From: an uncultured Chloroflexia bacterium
GTDB lineage: Bacteria; Chloroflexota; Limnocylindria; Limnocylindrales; CSP1-4
DNA length: 64,000 nt
Reading direction: 5' to 3'
Assembly: GCA_963707215.1 (NCBI GenBank)
Contig: CAVPPB010000003.1
Location: 1,120,001 to 1,184,000 of the forward strand
Shown here piece after piece: positions 31,091 through 41,864 of the stretch (positions within the stretch are counted from its first letter, which is position 1; each line of letters starts with the position of its first letter). Position numbers and translations under genes: made by a program. Below the pieces are notes generated by a model. That model saw only the letters and a program-made list of their open reading frames with translations, was not told the DNA's origin and ran no database searches.

Positions 31091-31390
31091 TGCAATCTCC
31101 AAGGAGGACGGCCAGGGCGCGGGGCGGGGCGCTGGAGTGGCTCGGGAGGCCGTCCGGTCGCGGTATTGAGCTGGGGTCTCGATACTGCGTGTTGGCGCCT
31201 GGGCTGGCGTATGACGTCGGAACGCTACCAGACGGTGACACGCCGCGCAAACGGCCAGCGGGCGAGTACATCCGTCACGGCTTCCGGGCCGAATGGACCT
31301 AGTCGGGGTCGGAGCCTCGTCCCGGCCGGGCGGCCGACCCGCCGACGGCAGGCCCCGCGACGCCGTCCAGCGCCCCGGCTCCGGGAGGGT

Positions 31391-32776
31391 TCAGGCGTCG
31401 AGGCTCTTGGTCAGGCCCGCCAGGAACTCGACGTTGGTCTGGGTCTTGGCGAGGCGGTTGAGGAGCAGCTCGATGCCCTCGTTGGTGCCGACAGCCGAGA
31501 GCATCCGGCGCATCGTCCAGACCATCTTGAGGGTGCCGTCCTCGAGGAGCAGCTCCTCGCGCCGGGTCCCCGAGCGCTGGACGTCGATGGCCGGGAAGAT
31601 GCGCTTCTCGGCCAGCTTGCGATCGAGGATGAGCTCGCTGTTGCCGGTGCCCTTGAACTCCTCGTAGATGACGTCGTCCATCCGCGACCCGGTGTCGACG
31701 AGGCAGGTGGCGACGATCGTCAGCGAGCCGCCCTCCTCGATGTTCCGGGCTGCGCCGAAGAAGCGCTTCGGAGGATACAGGGCGATGGGGTCGATGCCGC
31801 CCGACAACGTCCGTCCGGACGGGGGCAGGGCCAGGTTGTAGGCTCGCGCCAGCCGGGTGATGGAGTCCAGGAGGATGACCACGTCGCGGCCGGTCTCGAC
31901 CTGGCGCTTGGCGATCTCCAGGGCCATCTCGGCCACATGGGTGTGGTTCTCGGTCGGCTCGTCGAACGTCGAGCTGATGACCTCGCCCTTCACCGACCGG
32001 CGCATGTCGGTGACTTCCTCGGGTCGCTCGCCGATGAGGGCGACCATGAGGAGGATCTCCGGGTAGTTGGCCGTGATGCCGTTGGCGATGTTCTTGAGGA
32101 GCATCGTCTTGCCGGCCTTCGGCGGGGAGACGATGAGCGCTCGCTGGCCCTTGCCGATCGGGTTGACCAGGTTGACCAACCGCTGGCTGAGGTTCTTGGG
32201 ATCGCTCTCGAGGTTGATGAGGTCGTCCGGGTGGACCGGGGTCAGGTCGTTGAAGACCGGCCGGCGGCGGGCCGTCTCGAGGTCGACACCGTTGACCGAG
32301 TCGACACGGACGAGGCCCCAGTACTTCTCGCCGTCGCGCGGCGCCCGCACGGCCCCGGTGAGCCGATCGCCGATCCGCAGCGAGTAGCGGCGCACCTGAC
32401 TCGAGCTGACGTACGCATCGTCTGCGCTCGGCAGCAGGCCGTGGCGTCGCAGGAAGCCGTAGCCCTCGTCGACGATGTCGAGGATGCCGATGGCGTAGGA
32501 AAGCCCGGCCCGCTCGGTCTGGCGGCGCAGGATCTGGTCGACCAGGTCGTCCTTGCCGTCAGCGCCGGCGACGTCGACCTCGAGCTCCTTGCCCACCGAC
32601 CGGAGCTGGGTGACGGACATCGCCTGCAGCTCGGAGACTGCCAGGTCGTTGCGTTCGCGGGCGGCCTCGGCCTCCAGCTGCTCGTCGTGATCGGTCGACG
32701 GCAGCCGGCCCTGCTGGGAACGGCGACGGGGGCGGCGACGGGAGCGCTGGTCGCGCTGCTGGTCAGGACCGGCCAT
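31391..32776 (-). CDS. rho: Transcription termination factor Rho
   Basis: [52 protein letters not shown]. Confidence 0.98.
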   Translation of the reverse strand: MAGPDQQRDQRSRRRPRRRSQQGRLPSTDHDEQLEAEAARERNDLAVSELQAMSVTQLRSVGKELEVDVAGADGKDDLVDQILRRQTERAGLSYAIGILDIVDEGYGFLRRHGLLPSADDAYVSSSQVRRYSLRIGDRLTGAVRAPRDGEKYWGLVRVDSVNGVDLETARRRPVFNDLTPVHPDDLINLESDPKNLSQRLVNLVNPIGKGQRALIVSPPKAGKTMLLKNIANGITANYPEILLMVALIGERPEEVTDMRRSVKGEVISSTFDEPTENHTHVAEMALEIAKRQVETGRDVVILLDSITRLARAYNLALPPSGRTLSGGIDPIALYPPKRFFGAARNIEEGGSLTIVATCLVDTGSRMDDVIYEEFKGTGNSELILDRKLAEKRIFPAIDVQRSGTRREELLLEDGTLKMVWTMRRMLSAVGTNEGIELLLNRLAKTQTNVEFLAGLTKSLDA

Positions 32777-32953
32777 GGGCTCGGATACCTACCTCGTGGG
32801 GAAACGGACCGGGATGGGGCCCCACGGACGGCCGGCAGCGCGCACGGTATGCGCCGGGTCGGGCCCAAGCCGGTGGGGATGGCGGGAGCATAGAGGGAGG
32901 GCAGGCCACCGTCAAGGTGGCGGGCGGGGATGGGCAGCCGTGGTCGTTCCGTG

Positions 32954-33817
32954 TCACGGCGCCCGGCGTCTGGGTTCGGGCGGGGACGGATGAGCCGGCG
33001 ACCGGATGGCCAGCTGGGCCGCGATCTCGGCAGCGGCCGACCGGAGCACGGGGCCCAGGGCCACCAGGACGCCGCGACCTCCGAGCCGACCGGCCGACCC
33101 GCTGATGCCGATGGCTGCGATGGCCTCGCCGGTCGCCGTGCGGACCGGGGCCGCGACCCCGGCGGTGTCCTCGAGCCAGCCCCTCACGTTGACCGCATAG
33201 CCGCGCAGGCGGACCTCGTCGAGCTGTCGGCGGAACGCGGCAGGATCGGCGATCGTGGCGTCGGTCCAGCGCTGCAGGCCGGCCTCGAGGATCGCGTCGG
33301 CGACCTCGGGGTGATAGGCGAGCAGGGCCAGCCCGACCGCAGTGGCGTGCGCCGGGACGCGCGCGCCGACGGGATGGCTGTCGGGCGCCGCCAGCGGTCC
33401 AGCGACATGGTCGAGCGCCAGGACCCCGAGCCCGTCGAGCACGACGAGATGGACGGCCTCACCGGTCCGCTGGGCGAGCCGGTCCAGCACCGGGCGAGCG
33501 GCGTCCCGGAGAAGTGGCGGCGTGGCCGACCGACCTGCAGTCAGTCGGAACAGGGCGGGGCCGCGTCGATAGCGGCGCTCGACGTCGTCCCGCCGGAGGT
33601 AGCCCTCGCGGACGAGGACCCCGAGCAGGCGATGGGTCGTGGATGGGGCCAGGTCGAGCTTGCGGGCCAGCTCGGTGACCCCGACCGAGCCGGATGCCGT
33701 CGCCATGGCATCGAGCACCCGGAGCGCCCTGGACACGGCGAGCAGGGGCGTCGCCCGCGGTACCCGCCGCCGCCAGGGAGGGCCAGGGCCCTGCTCGCGG
33801 CCGGTTCGAGTCGTCAT
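32954..33817 (-). CDS. IclR family transcriptional regulator
   Basis: VSRALRVL, GVTELARKLDLAPSTTHRLL, HATAVG, VRLRGYA. Confidence 0.92.
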   Translation of the reverse strand: MTTRTGREQGPGPPWRRRVPRATPLLAVSRALRVLDAMATASGSVGVTELARKLDLAPSTTHRLLGVLVREGYLRRDDVERRYRRGPALFRLTAGRSATPPLLRDAARPVLDRLAQRTGEAVHLVVLDGLGVLALDHVAGPLAAPDSHPVGARVPAHATAVGLALLAYHPEVADAILEAGLQRWTDATIADPAAFRRQLDEVRLRGYAVNVRGWLEDTAGVAAPVRTATGEAIAAIGISGSAGRLGGRGVLVALGPVLRSAAAEIAAQLAIRSPAHPSPPEPRRRAP

Positions 33818-33818
33818 G

Positions 33819-33837
33819 CATTCCATCTTACGGAATG
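33819..33837. promoter_or_regulatory. IclR-type operator CATTCC-N7-GGAATG overlapping the iclR -10 (TAAGAT)
   Basis: Perfect 6-bp inverted repeat between divergent iclR and the catabolic operon. Confidence 0.7.
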
Positions 33838-33933
33838 TCGTTGACACCACACCGTGGGACCGCTTCCGTGGGCGGGGGCGGGCCTGGTGGCGCCGGCTCC
33901 CGGTGGACGTATGGATGAGCGGAGCCAACGACG

Positions 33934-36045
33934 GTGATGGAAGCGACACGCCGCTACACGATCGGCGTCGACATCGGTGGGACGTTCACCGACGTGGTCG
34001 CCCTTGCCGGCGACGGGACCGCCAGCGTCGGAAAGGCGCCGACGACGCCGCCGGAGTTCGCGGTCGGGGTCCTCGACGCCCTCCGGGCCGTGGCCGAGGA
34101 CCTGGGCTTCGACCTCGAGGGCCTGCTCGCGGTCACCGACCTCGTCAAGCACGGCTCGACGGTCGCGACCAACGCCCTGTTGACCCGCAGCGGCGTCCGG
34201 GCCGGCCTCATCACCACCCGCGGCTTCGAGGACACGCCGCTGATCATGCGGGCGGTCGGGCGGGTGGACGGCCTTCCCGACGAGGAGGTCCGCCGGATCA
34301 CCACCGTGACCAAGCCGGAACCACTGGTCCCGCCGGAGCTGATCCGTGGGGTCCGCGAGCGGATCGACGTCGACGGAGCCGTGGTCGTCCCACTGGACGA
34401 GGAAGACGTCCACGAGGCGCTCGACGAGCTCGTCGATGGACTCGGTGTCGAGGCCCTCGCGGTGAGCCTCCTTCACGCCTGGCGCGACCCCTCCCATGAG
34501 CGCCGGATCCGGGCGCTCGTGGCCGGGCGCTATCCGGCCGACCGGGTCTTCGTCAGCCTCGGCAGCGACCTGAGCCAGGTCGCGGGGGAGTACGCCCGAA
34601 CCAACACGGCCATCGCCGACGCGTTCGTCGGTCCGACGGTCCGTCGCTACCTCGATGGGCTCGACGCTCGCCTCCGTGCGGCCGGCTTCCGTGGTCGGGT
34701 CCTCGCGATGCAGGGAAACGGCGGGCTCACCACCCACGACCGGGTGGCCCCGATCTCGACGCTCCAATCCGGGCCGGCCGGCGGGATGCTCGCTTCGGCC
34801 GACATGTCCGAGCGCCTCGAACACGTCCGGGCGATCACCGCCGACATGGGCGGTACCAGCTTCGACGTGGGGGTGATCGACGGCGGCTACTGGCGCTACG
34901 CGGACGAGCCGATCTTCGAGCGCTTCCGGATCCTCCAGCCGATCACCGACATCACCTCCATCGGCGCCGGGGGCGGCACCATCGCCCGGATCGACGCGGC
35001 AACGCAGCGGCTGATGGTCGGACCGGCATCCGCGGGCGCTGCACCGGGCCCGGTCGCCTACGGCCTTGGCGGGACCGAGCCGACGGTCACCGACGCAGAC
35101 CTGGTCCTGGGCTACCTCGACCCGGACTTCTTCCTGGGCGGCCGTCGGCATCTGGATCTCGAGGCAGCCCGAGCGGCCATCGACGAGCGGATCGCCCGGC
35201 CGCTGGGAATCGATCCGGTCGAGGCGGCTGCCGGGATCGCCCGGATCGTCGACAGCAAGATGTCCGACCTGATCCGTCGCGAGGTGGTCCGGAGCGGCCG
35301 GCACCCCGAGGATTTCGTCCTCTACGCCTTCGGCGGCGCCAGCCCGGTCCACGCGGTCGGCTATGCCCGCGACCTCGGAGTGCGAGAGATCGTCGTCTTC
35401 CCGACCTCGTCCGTCTTCTCAGCCTTCGGTGTGGCGTCGGCCGACGTCGTCCACACGCGTCTGGCGACCCGGACGATCCCCCTGCCGGCCGACCCTGCCG
35501 TCCTGAACGCGGATCTGGAGACCCTGGAGGCCGAGCTGCTGGCGGAGGTCGACCGGTCCGTGCTGACCGCCGAGCCGGTCTTCCGTCGCTACCTGACCCT
35601 GCGCTTCCGGCGCCAGACGACCGGCGAGGAGATCGCCCTGCCCTGGGACCGCTTCGACGAGGCCCGGATGACCGACCTCGAGCGCCGGTTCGTGGAGCAC
35701 TACGAGACCCTCTACGGCCGGGGCGTCGCATACCCCGAGGCCGGTCTCGACATCGCCCGGCTGCGGGTCGACCTGGTGGGACCGGTCGCCAAGCCGGAGC
35801 TGCGCGCCGACGCCGCCGAGGGCAGCGATCCCGGGGCGCTCGCCGAAGCCGCCCGCAAGGGCCGCCGCTCGGCCTGGTTCGACGGCAGACGCCTCGAGAC
35901 CACGGTCTATGACGAGGGCCGCCTCGAGCCCGGCGCGGCCGTGGCCGGCCCGGTCATCGTCGAATCGCCGTTCACGACCGTCGTCGTTCCGCCCGGGGCC
36001 TCGCTCCGCGTCGACCGCTTCCGCAACCTGGTGCTCCGCCCATGA
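33934..36045 (+). CDS. Hydantoinase/oxoprolinase A family (acetone carboxylase beta-like) ATP-binding subunit
   Basis: GVDIGGTFTD, HGSTVATN, SGPAGG, DMGGTSFD, IGAGGG, GPASAGA.PGP. Confidence 0.93.
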   Translation: MMEATRRYTIGVDIGGTFTDVVALAGDGTASVGKAPTTPPEFAVGVLDALRAVAEDLGFDLEGLLAVTDLVKHGSTVATNALLTRSGVRAGLITTRGFEDTPLIMRAVGRVDGLPDEEVRRITTVTKPEPLVPPELIRGVRERIDVDGAVVVPLDEEDVHEALDELVDGLGVEALAVSLLHAWRDPSHERRIRALVAGRYPADRVFVSLGSDLSQVAGEYARTNTAIADAFVGPTVRRYLDGLDARLRAAGFRGRVLAMQGNGGLTTHDRVAPISTLQSGPAGGMLASADMSERLEHVRAITADMGGTSFDVGVIDGGYWRYADEPIFERFRILQPITDITSIGAGGGTIARIDAATQRLMVGPASAGAAPGPVAYGLGGTEPTVTDADLVLGYLDPDFFLGGRRHLDLEAARAAIDERIARPLGIDPVEAAAGIARIVDSKMSDLIRREVVRSGRHPEDFVLYAFGGASPVHAVGYARDLGVREIVVFPTSSVFSAFGVASADVVHTRLATRTIPLPADPAVLNADLETLEAELLAEVDRSVLTAEPVFRRYLTLRFRRQTTGEEIALPWDRFDEARMTDLERRFVEHYETLYGRGVAYPEAGLDIARLRVDLVGPVAKPELRADAAEGSDPGALAEAARKGRRSAWFDGRRLETTVYDEGRLEPGAAVAGPVIVESPFTTVVVPPGASLRVDRFRNLVLRP

Positions 36046-38282
36046 CCGCCATCGACGAGCCGCGTCTCGACCCGATCGACTTCGAGATCTTCGCCCATCG
36101 GCTGTGGGCGGTCGGCGAGGAGGGTCGGATCGCCCTCCAGCGAGTCACCGCCTCGCCGATCGTCGCCCAGGGCGGTGAGTGCATGTGCTCGTTCTACGAT
36201 GCCGACGGGACCATGATCCTGGCCTGCTCGGGGCACCTTCGGTTCGCTGCCGCGACATCGGACGCCATCCGGCGGATGATCGAGTGGTTCGAGGAAGACC
36301 CCGGGATCCACGAGGGCGACGAGTTCATCTTCAACGACCCCTACGTGGCCGGATCGCACACCTACGACATCATGCAGATCGCGCCCGTGTTCTGGCAGGG
36401 CAGACGCGTGGCCTGGGTCGCCTCGAGCAGTCACACGGCGGACACCGGCGGCGTGCTGCGAGGTGCCGCCACCGAGATCTTCCACGAGGGGATCCGATTG
36501 CTTGGCCTCAAGATCGTCGACGGCGGCGTCTTCCGCCAGGACGTCTTCAAGACGATCGTCGAGCAGTGCCGCGACCCGCACTACGTGGGCCTCGACCTCA
36601 AGAGCCGGACGGCCGCCAACACGGTCTGCTCCCGCGGGCTGGCGGCGCTGATCGAACGGTTCGGCATCGACTTCGTCGAGGCAGCCGGCCAGAAGCTGAT
36701 CAGCGACGCCGAGGCGATGGCCCGGGAGCGTCTCCGCTCGATCCCCGACGGGACCTGGCGGAGCCGGATCTACGGCTCGGCCCGGGAACCGGTGACCCGA
36801 GAGGCACTCCCCTACCAGGTCGTCGTGGCGGCCCGCAAGGAGGGCGACGAGCTGACCCTGGACTTCAGCGGCTCGTCGCCCCAGCTGGCCAGCGACCAGA
36901 ACTCGACGCGGCCGTCGACCATGGCCCACGTCGCCATCGCCCTGACCAACCAGCTGTTCTGGGATGTCCCCTGGAGTGACGGTCGTCTGGCGCCGGTCAG
37001 GGTCGTGGTGCCGGAAGGCTCGGCTCTCAACTGCCGGTTCCCGGCGGCCTGCGGCCGCTCGCCGCGGATCGGCCAGTACGTCGTCGAGGCGGTCCGCGAT
37101 TGCCTGGCCAAGATGCTCTACGCCTCGGGCGTCAGGACCGGGATCAACGCGTCGTGGGGGGCGTTCTGGTACCTCGGCGGTCCCGGCTTCTTCTACGGGG
37201 GCCACGACCGACGGGGCCTGCCCGTTCCCCAGGGGCTCTACGACATCCACGGGGGCGGGCTGGGCGCCGCTCCCGACCGGGACGGTGTCCCGACCGGTGG
37301 CCAGACCAACATCCCGTCCGGCGGGATCAGCGACGTCGAGCGGATCGAGCTCCAGTACCCGTTCCTCTACTTCGCCCGCAACCACCTGACCGACGGCGGT
37401 GGCGCCGGCCGCTGGAACGGCGGCACCGGCAGCAGCCGCCTGGTGATGGTCCACGGCTCGCAGGACCTGAGCGTCGACTTCGCGCCGTACGCCGGCTGGC
37501 CCCATGGAGCCGCGGGGCTGTTCGGCGGCTACCCGGTCGGGACCGGCGGGACGCGAGCCATCCTCGAGCCGCCGCCGGGGCTCGAGGAGCGGCTGATCGG
37601 GGGCGACTACCCATCGACCGTGGATGAGGCCCTGGCGGCCGGGGCGACGGTCGTGCCGACCGGGGGCGCCGGGCGACAGCCGGTCCCGGAGGGGCGCCTG
37701 GTCGCCGATTTCACCCAGGGTGGCGGGGGATTCGGCGACCCCCTCGAGCGCCCGCCGGGATCGGTGGCCGACGACGTCGCCCGCCACGCCGTCAGCCGCC
37801 GTAGCGCCGCCCTCGTCTACGGGGTCGCCCTGGCCGACGATGGGGCCGTCGACCTGGCGGCGACCGATCGTCGCCGTGCCGAGATCCGCGCCGAACGCCT
37901 TGGCGGCGAGCGACGATCGACCTCCACCGTGGCGAGCGCCTCGCCCGTGGACACCACGGCCGGTGCGTGGACGACGCTGGTCCGCTTCCACGCGATGCTC
38001 GAGGTGGCCCGCTCGGCTCACGGTCCCGCAGTCATCCGCTGCGTCGGCTGCGGCACGGTCCTCTGCGCCGCCGACGAGCCCTACAAGCTCCACTGTGTGC
38101 GCCGCGACCGGGACCTCGCCGAGCTGGCCGGTCGATCGATGCCGGACGACCGGCCGTACCAGGCCGTCCTGCGCGAGTACGCCTGCCCCGGATGTGCGAC
38201 GCTGCTCGCCGTGGACCCGTGGCTGGCAGCCCTCGGCGGCGAGGAGGACCTCTGCGACATCCAGGTGACGGTCCCGCGATGA
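36042..38282 (+). CDS. Hydantoinase B/acetone carboxylase alpha-like subunit fused to a gamma-subunit-like zinc domain
   Basis: ASPIV, NDPY..GSH..D, SHTADTG, GGGGFGDPLER; C-terminal RCVGCG...REYACPGCATLL. Confidence 0.88.
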   Translation: MTAIDEPRLDPIDFEIFAHRLWAVGEEGRIALQRVTASPIVAQGGECMCSFYDADGTMILACSGHLRFAAATSDAIRRMIEWFEEDPGIHEGDEFIFNDPYVAGSHTYDIMQIAPVFWQGRRVAWVASSSHTADTGGVLRGAATEIFHEGIRLLGLKIVDGGVFRQDVFKTIVEQCRDPHYVGLDLKSRTAANTVCSRGLAALIERFGIDFVEAAGQKLISDAEAMARERLRSIPDGTWRSRIYGSAREPVTREALPYQVVVAARKEGDELTLDFSGSSPQLASDQNSTRPSTMAHVAIALTNQLFWDVPWSDGRLAPVRVVVPEGSALNCRFPAACGRSPRIGQYVVEAVRDCLAKMLYASGVRTGINASWGAFWYLGGPGFFYGGHDRRGLPVPQGLYDIHGGGLGAAPDRDGVPTGGQTNIPSGGISDVERIELQYPFLYFARNHLTDGGGAGRWNGGTGSSRLVMVHGSQDLSVDFAPYAGWPHGAAGLFGGYPVGTGGTRAILEPPPGLEERLIGGDYPSTVDEALAAGATVVPTGGAGRQPVPEGRLVADFTQGGGGFGDPLERPPGSVADDVARHAVSRRSAALVYGVALADDGAVDLAATDRRRAEIRAERLGGERRSTSTVASASPVDTTAGAWTTLVRFHAMLEVARSAHGPAVIRCVGCGTVLCAADEPYKLHCVRRDRDLAELAGRSMPDDRPYQAVLREYACPGCATLLAVDPWLAALGGEEDLCDIQVTVPR

Positions 38283-39472
38283 ACGGCCGGGCGGGGATGC
38301 CACCGCTGGCGGGCATCCGGGTCGTCGAGCTGGCCAACTACGTCACCGGACCCTACGCCGCCGCCCTGCTGGCCGACATGGGCGCCTCGGTCGTCAAGGT
38401 CGAGGAGCCGCATCGCGGCGACCCCTTCCGGGGCTGGGGCCGCGGGGGCTACAGCCCGACCTTCAGGTCGGTCAACCGGGGCAAGCGCAGCGTCGGCCTC
38501 GACGTCCGCTCACCGGATGGCCGAGGGATCCTGCTGGACCTGATCGGCCGAGCCGACGTGTTCATCGAGAACCTCCGACCCGGCGCGGTCGATCGGCTCG
38601 GTGCCGGCTGGTCGATCCTCCATGACCGCGATCCCCGGCTGGTCATGTGCTCGATCTCCGGCTTCGGCTCGAGCGGTCCGTACCGCGACCGGCCCGGCTA
38701 CGACACCGTGGGCCAGGCGATGAGCGGCTTGCTCGGCCTGCTGACCGACTTCGAACGGCCCGAGCCGATGGGCATCTCGCTGTCCGACCACGTCACGGGC
38801 CTGTACGCGGCGGTCGGTATCCTGACCGCCCTCGTCGGGCGCGCGGCCACCGGCCTGGGCCGTCGGGTCGAGACCTCGCTGCTCCAGGCCACGACGGCCT
38901 TCGTGGCCGAGAACGCGGCCCGCTACTTCGACGACGACAACGTCCCCACTCGGGCCACCCGGGCCCACATCGCCCAGGCGTACGCCTTCACTGCTGCCGA
39001 CGGGGCACCGTTCGTGGTCCATCTCTCGTCGCCGCCCAAGTTCTGGGAGGGGCTCACGGCGACGGTCGGGCGGCCGGATCTCCGGGAGGACCCGCGGTTC
39101 GTGGACCGGGCCGCCCGGGTGGAGCACTACGACGAGCTCCAGGCCATCCTCTCGGAGCGGTTCGCCACGGCCGACCGAGCCACCTGGCTCGCCCGCCTCG
39201 ACGCCAACGACGTGCCGGCCGGACCGATCAACCGGTTCGACGAGGTCTTCGCCGATCCCGGCATCGAGACCCTGGGGCTGGTCCATGAGCTCGAGCATCC
39301 GGTCGCCGGGCCGATGCGCCTGCTGGGGGCAGCCTTCTCCATCGAGGGCCACGATGACCACGCCATCACGCCGCCGCCACTGCTCGGCGAGCATACGGAC
39401 GACGTGCTCCGGGAGCTCGGCCTCGACGAGACGTCGATCGGTCGGCTCCGCGAACAGGAGGTGATCCGCTGA
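38279..39472 (+). CDS. CaiB/BaiF family III CoA-transferase
   Basis: PLAGIRVVEL, LADMGA.VVKVE, NRGKRS, ENLRPG, RPGYD, PLLGEHT. Confidence 0.93.
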   Translation: MNGRAGMPPLAGIRVVELANYVTGPYAAALLADMGASVVKVEEPHRGDPFRGWGRGGYSPTFRSVNRGKRSVGLDVRSPDGRGILLDLIGRADVFIENLRPGAVDRLGAGWSILHDRDPRLVMCSISGFGSSGPYRDRPGYDTVGQAMSGLLGLLTDFERPEPMGISLSDHVTGLYAAVGILTALVGRAATGLGRRVETSLLQATTAFVAENAARYFDDDNVPTRATRAHIAQAYAFTAADGAPFVVHLSSPPKFWEGLTATVGRPDLREDPRFVDRAARVEHYDELQAILSERFATADRATWLARLDANDVPAGPINRFDEVFADPGIETLGLVHELEHPVAGPMRLLGAAFSIEGHDDHAITPPPLLGEHTDDVLRELGLDETSIGRLREQEVIR

Positions 39473-40299
39473 TGGCCGACGGACTGCGTCGCCCGTCGAC
39501 AGAGGGCGAGCCACCGATGCGGACCCATCTCGGCAAGGCCGAGCTCGACCGGGTCCTGGTCCGCGGCGTCGACCTCACCGGCGAGCTGCTGGGTCGGACC
39601 ACGTACACCGAGATGCTGGGGATCGTCCTCCTCGGCCGCCGACCGGCCCCGGAGGAGACGAGGATGCTCGACGCCCTGCTGGTCGTCCTCGTGGAGCACG
39701 GGCTGGTCAAGCCGGTGGTGACGGCCCGGTTCGTCTACTCGAATGCCCCGGAATCGCTCCAGGCCGCGGTGGCGGCCTCGATCCTGGGCGCTGGCAGCCG
39801 GCACCTGGGCTCATCGGAATGGTGCGCCGAGGTCCTCCAGACGGCGATGCCCCGCGACGTCGCCGCGCCGCTCGAGGGGCCGCCACCAGGCCCGGAGGTC
39901 ATCGAAGCCCTCGCGGCGGCCATCGTCGAGGATCACGCGAGCCGGCAGGCCCGGGTGCCCGGGATCGGTCACCGGACCCACGCCGAGGGCGACCCGCGGG
40001 CCGTGCGGCTGTTCGAGATCGCCGGGGAGACCGGGACCTACGGCCCCTATTGCCGGCTGCTGGACCGGGTCGCCGAGCTCGCCGGACAGCGGGCCGGCCG
40101 TCCCCTGCCGGTCAACGTCACCGGCGCCATCGCGGCGATCGCCAGCGACATGGGCTTCCGCTGGGAGATCACCCGTGGGTTCGCCCTGATCGGGCGCGTC
40201 CTTGGGGCCCTGGGCCACATCCAGGAGGAGATGGACGAGCCCATCGCCGATCGGCTCATCCGCCAGATCCAGCGCTCGGTGGAGTACGACCCCGAGTAA
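39472..40299 (+). CDS. Citryl-CoA lyase-like (citrate synthase family) protein
   Basis: VRGVDLT.ELLG, LVEHG, PGIGH..H..GDPR, LPVNVTGA; alternative start 39517. Confidence 0.85.
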   Translation: MADGLRRPSTEGEPPMRTHLGKAELDRVLVRGVDLTGELLGRTTYTEMLGIVLLGRRPAPEETRMLDALLVVLVEHGLVKPVVTARFVYSNAPESLQAAVAASILGAGSRHLGSSEWCAEVLQTAMPRDVAAPLEGPPPGPEVIEALAAAIVEDHASRQARVPGIGHRTHAEGDPRAVRLFEIAGETGTYGPYCRLLDRVAELAGQRAGRPLPVNVTGAIAAIASDMGFRWEITRGFALIGRVLGALGHIQEEMDEPIADRLIRQIQRSVEYDPE

Positions 40300-40356
40300 C
40301 CCGGCGGATCTGCCGACCGCTGACCGGTCGTGGGCCCGCGGCCAGCCCCGGACCGC

Positions 40357-41034
40357 TCAGCCGTCCAGGATGCGGCCGGCTACCGCCGCGAACAGGTCGG
40401 CTGGTATGGCTGCCAGCCCGCTGGCGTCGGCCACCACGACGTCGCCCGGAAGCACCTGGACCCCGCCGATCTCGACCGGTCCATTGATCTCGACGGCCTC
40501 GATCCTGCCCCGACCGGTCAGCGGGGTCCGCAGACGAGCCCACGTCGGCAGACCGCTGGCGTCGATCTCGTCGAGGTCCCGTATGGCGCCGTCGACGATG
40601 CAGCCGGCCAGGCCCGCAGCGACCGCCGCGGCGGCGGCCCGACCTCCCAGCGCCGAACCCGTGGAGCCCGCCGGGCAGGCGATCACGGCGACGTCGCCGG
40701 CCGAGGCAGACCCGAACAGGGTCAGGTGGGCCAGCCGGCCGACTCCCGTTCCAGGCCGTCGGGTCGGCAGGTAGCGGAGCGTTACGGCCCGGCCGATCGC
40801 CACGTCGGCCGGCCGGAGCGGGCTCAGCTGGCCAGCCGGGACCGTGGTCCGCACCCCCAGTCGGTCGAGCTCGTCGGCGACCGCCGAGGACAGCCCCGAC
40901 ACCGCCCGGAGCGAGGCCACCAGGCCAGGGTCGGGCGGAGCGACATCGATCTGCGCCATCCGAGGCGGGACGTAGGCGCCGATCGGGCCTGTCGGCTCGG
41001 AGGGGACGGTGGTGGTCGGATCGGACACGGGCAT
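40357..41034 (-). CDS. RraA family / HMG aldolase-like protein
   Basis: VADELD, GRAVTLRY, IVDGAIRD, GGVQVLPGDVVVAD.SG. Confidence 0.85.
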   Translation of the reverse strand: MPVSDPTTTVPSEPTGPIGAYVPPRMAQIDVAPPDPGLVASLRAVSGLSSAVADELDRLGVRTTVPAGQLSPLRPADVAIGRAVTLRYLPTRRPGTGVGRLAHLTLFGSASAGDVAVIACPAGSTGSALGGRAAAAAVAAGLAGCIVDGAIRDLDEIDASGLPTWARLRTPLTGRGRIEAVEINGPVEIGGVQVLPGDVVVADASGLAAIPADLFAAVAGRILDG

Positions 41035-41864
41035 CACTCCTTCGGCAGGCGATCGAGATGGTCGAGCAGGATCGACGTCAGCGGCCCGGGCGCCTCGACG
41101 GGCACGAGATGGCTGACGCCCGGGAGGAGCTCCAGCCGGAGTCGCGGCACGGACGCTCGGTAGAGTGCCGCGGCGCGGGCCGGATCGGCCGGGTCGTCGA
41201 GCCCACCCACGAAGAGCACCGGCATCGTCAGCTCGGCGAGACGGGCCTGGCAGTCGCGATCCGCATTGGCCCGGCTGGCCCTGGAGAAGGCCACCGGATC
41301 GGTCGCCAGGACGGTGCGGGTCGTCGCCCGGATCTCGTCGGGGTGGCTCTCCGCGAAGGCCGGCGTGAACCAGCGCGGCACGGTCTCGTCGACGACCGCA
41401 GCCATCCCGTCCCGCTCTGCCCGCGCCGCCCGCTCGAGGAATCGTCGCCGGGTCGCCCCCGGGAAGGACGGCGAGGTGGATACGAGGACCAGTGCCCTGA
41501 GCCGGCCCGGATCGGCCAGGGCGACGTACTGGGCGATGCCGCCGCCCATCGACAGCCCAGCCAGGACGGGTCGCGGAGCACCCCCCGACGCCGCTAGCTG
41601 GTCGAGCAGGCCGCCGACGCGACCCGCGAACCAACCGATGTCCGCCCCTTCCGGGATCGGTCCGGAGCGGCCGTGTCCCGGGAGGTCGACGGCGGCGACT
41701 TCGAAGCGTGGCGCCAGGAGCGGCACGACGTGACGCCACAACCGATGGTCGTCGGCAAGCCCGTGGAGCAGCACCAGCCGGGGACCACGGCCCGCCTCGA
41801 CCACGTGGAACTCGACATCGTCGACGACGAGCGACCGGGAGACCGCTGGGGGAGCGGCGGTCAT
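41034..41864 (-). CDS. Alpha/beta hydrolase (3-oxoadipate enol-lactonase-like)
   Basis: LLHG, DLPGHGRS, GLSMGG, RWFTP, SHL. Confidence 0.88.
   Translation of the reverse strand: MTAAPPAVSRSLVVDDVEFHVVEAGRGPRLVLLHGLADDHRLWRHVVPLLAPRFEVAAVDLPGHGRSGPIPEGADIGWFAGRVGGLLDQLAASGGAPRPVLAGLSMGGGIAQYVALADPGRLRALVLVSTSPSFPGATRRRFLERAARAERDGMAAVVDETVPRWFTPAFAESHPDEIRATTRTVLATDPVAFSRASRANADRDCQARLAELTMPVLFVGGLDDPADPARAAALYRASVPRLRLELLPGVSHLVPVEAPGPLTSILLDHLDRLPKE

Noticed and set aside
31091-31230. c-di-AMP (ydaO) riboswitch before the M23/LysM gene
   Set aside because: The conserved ydaO sequence blocks are not recognisable.
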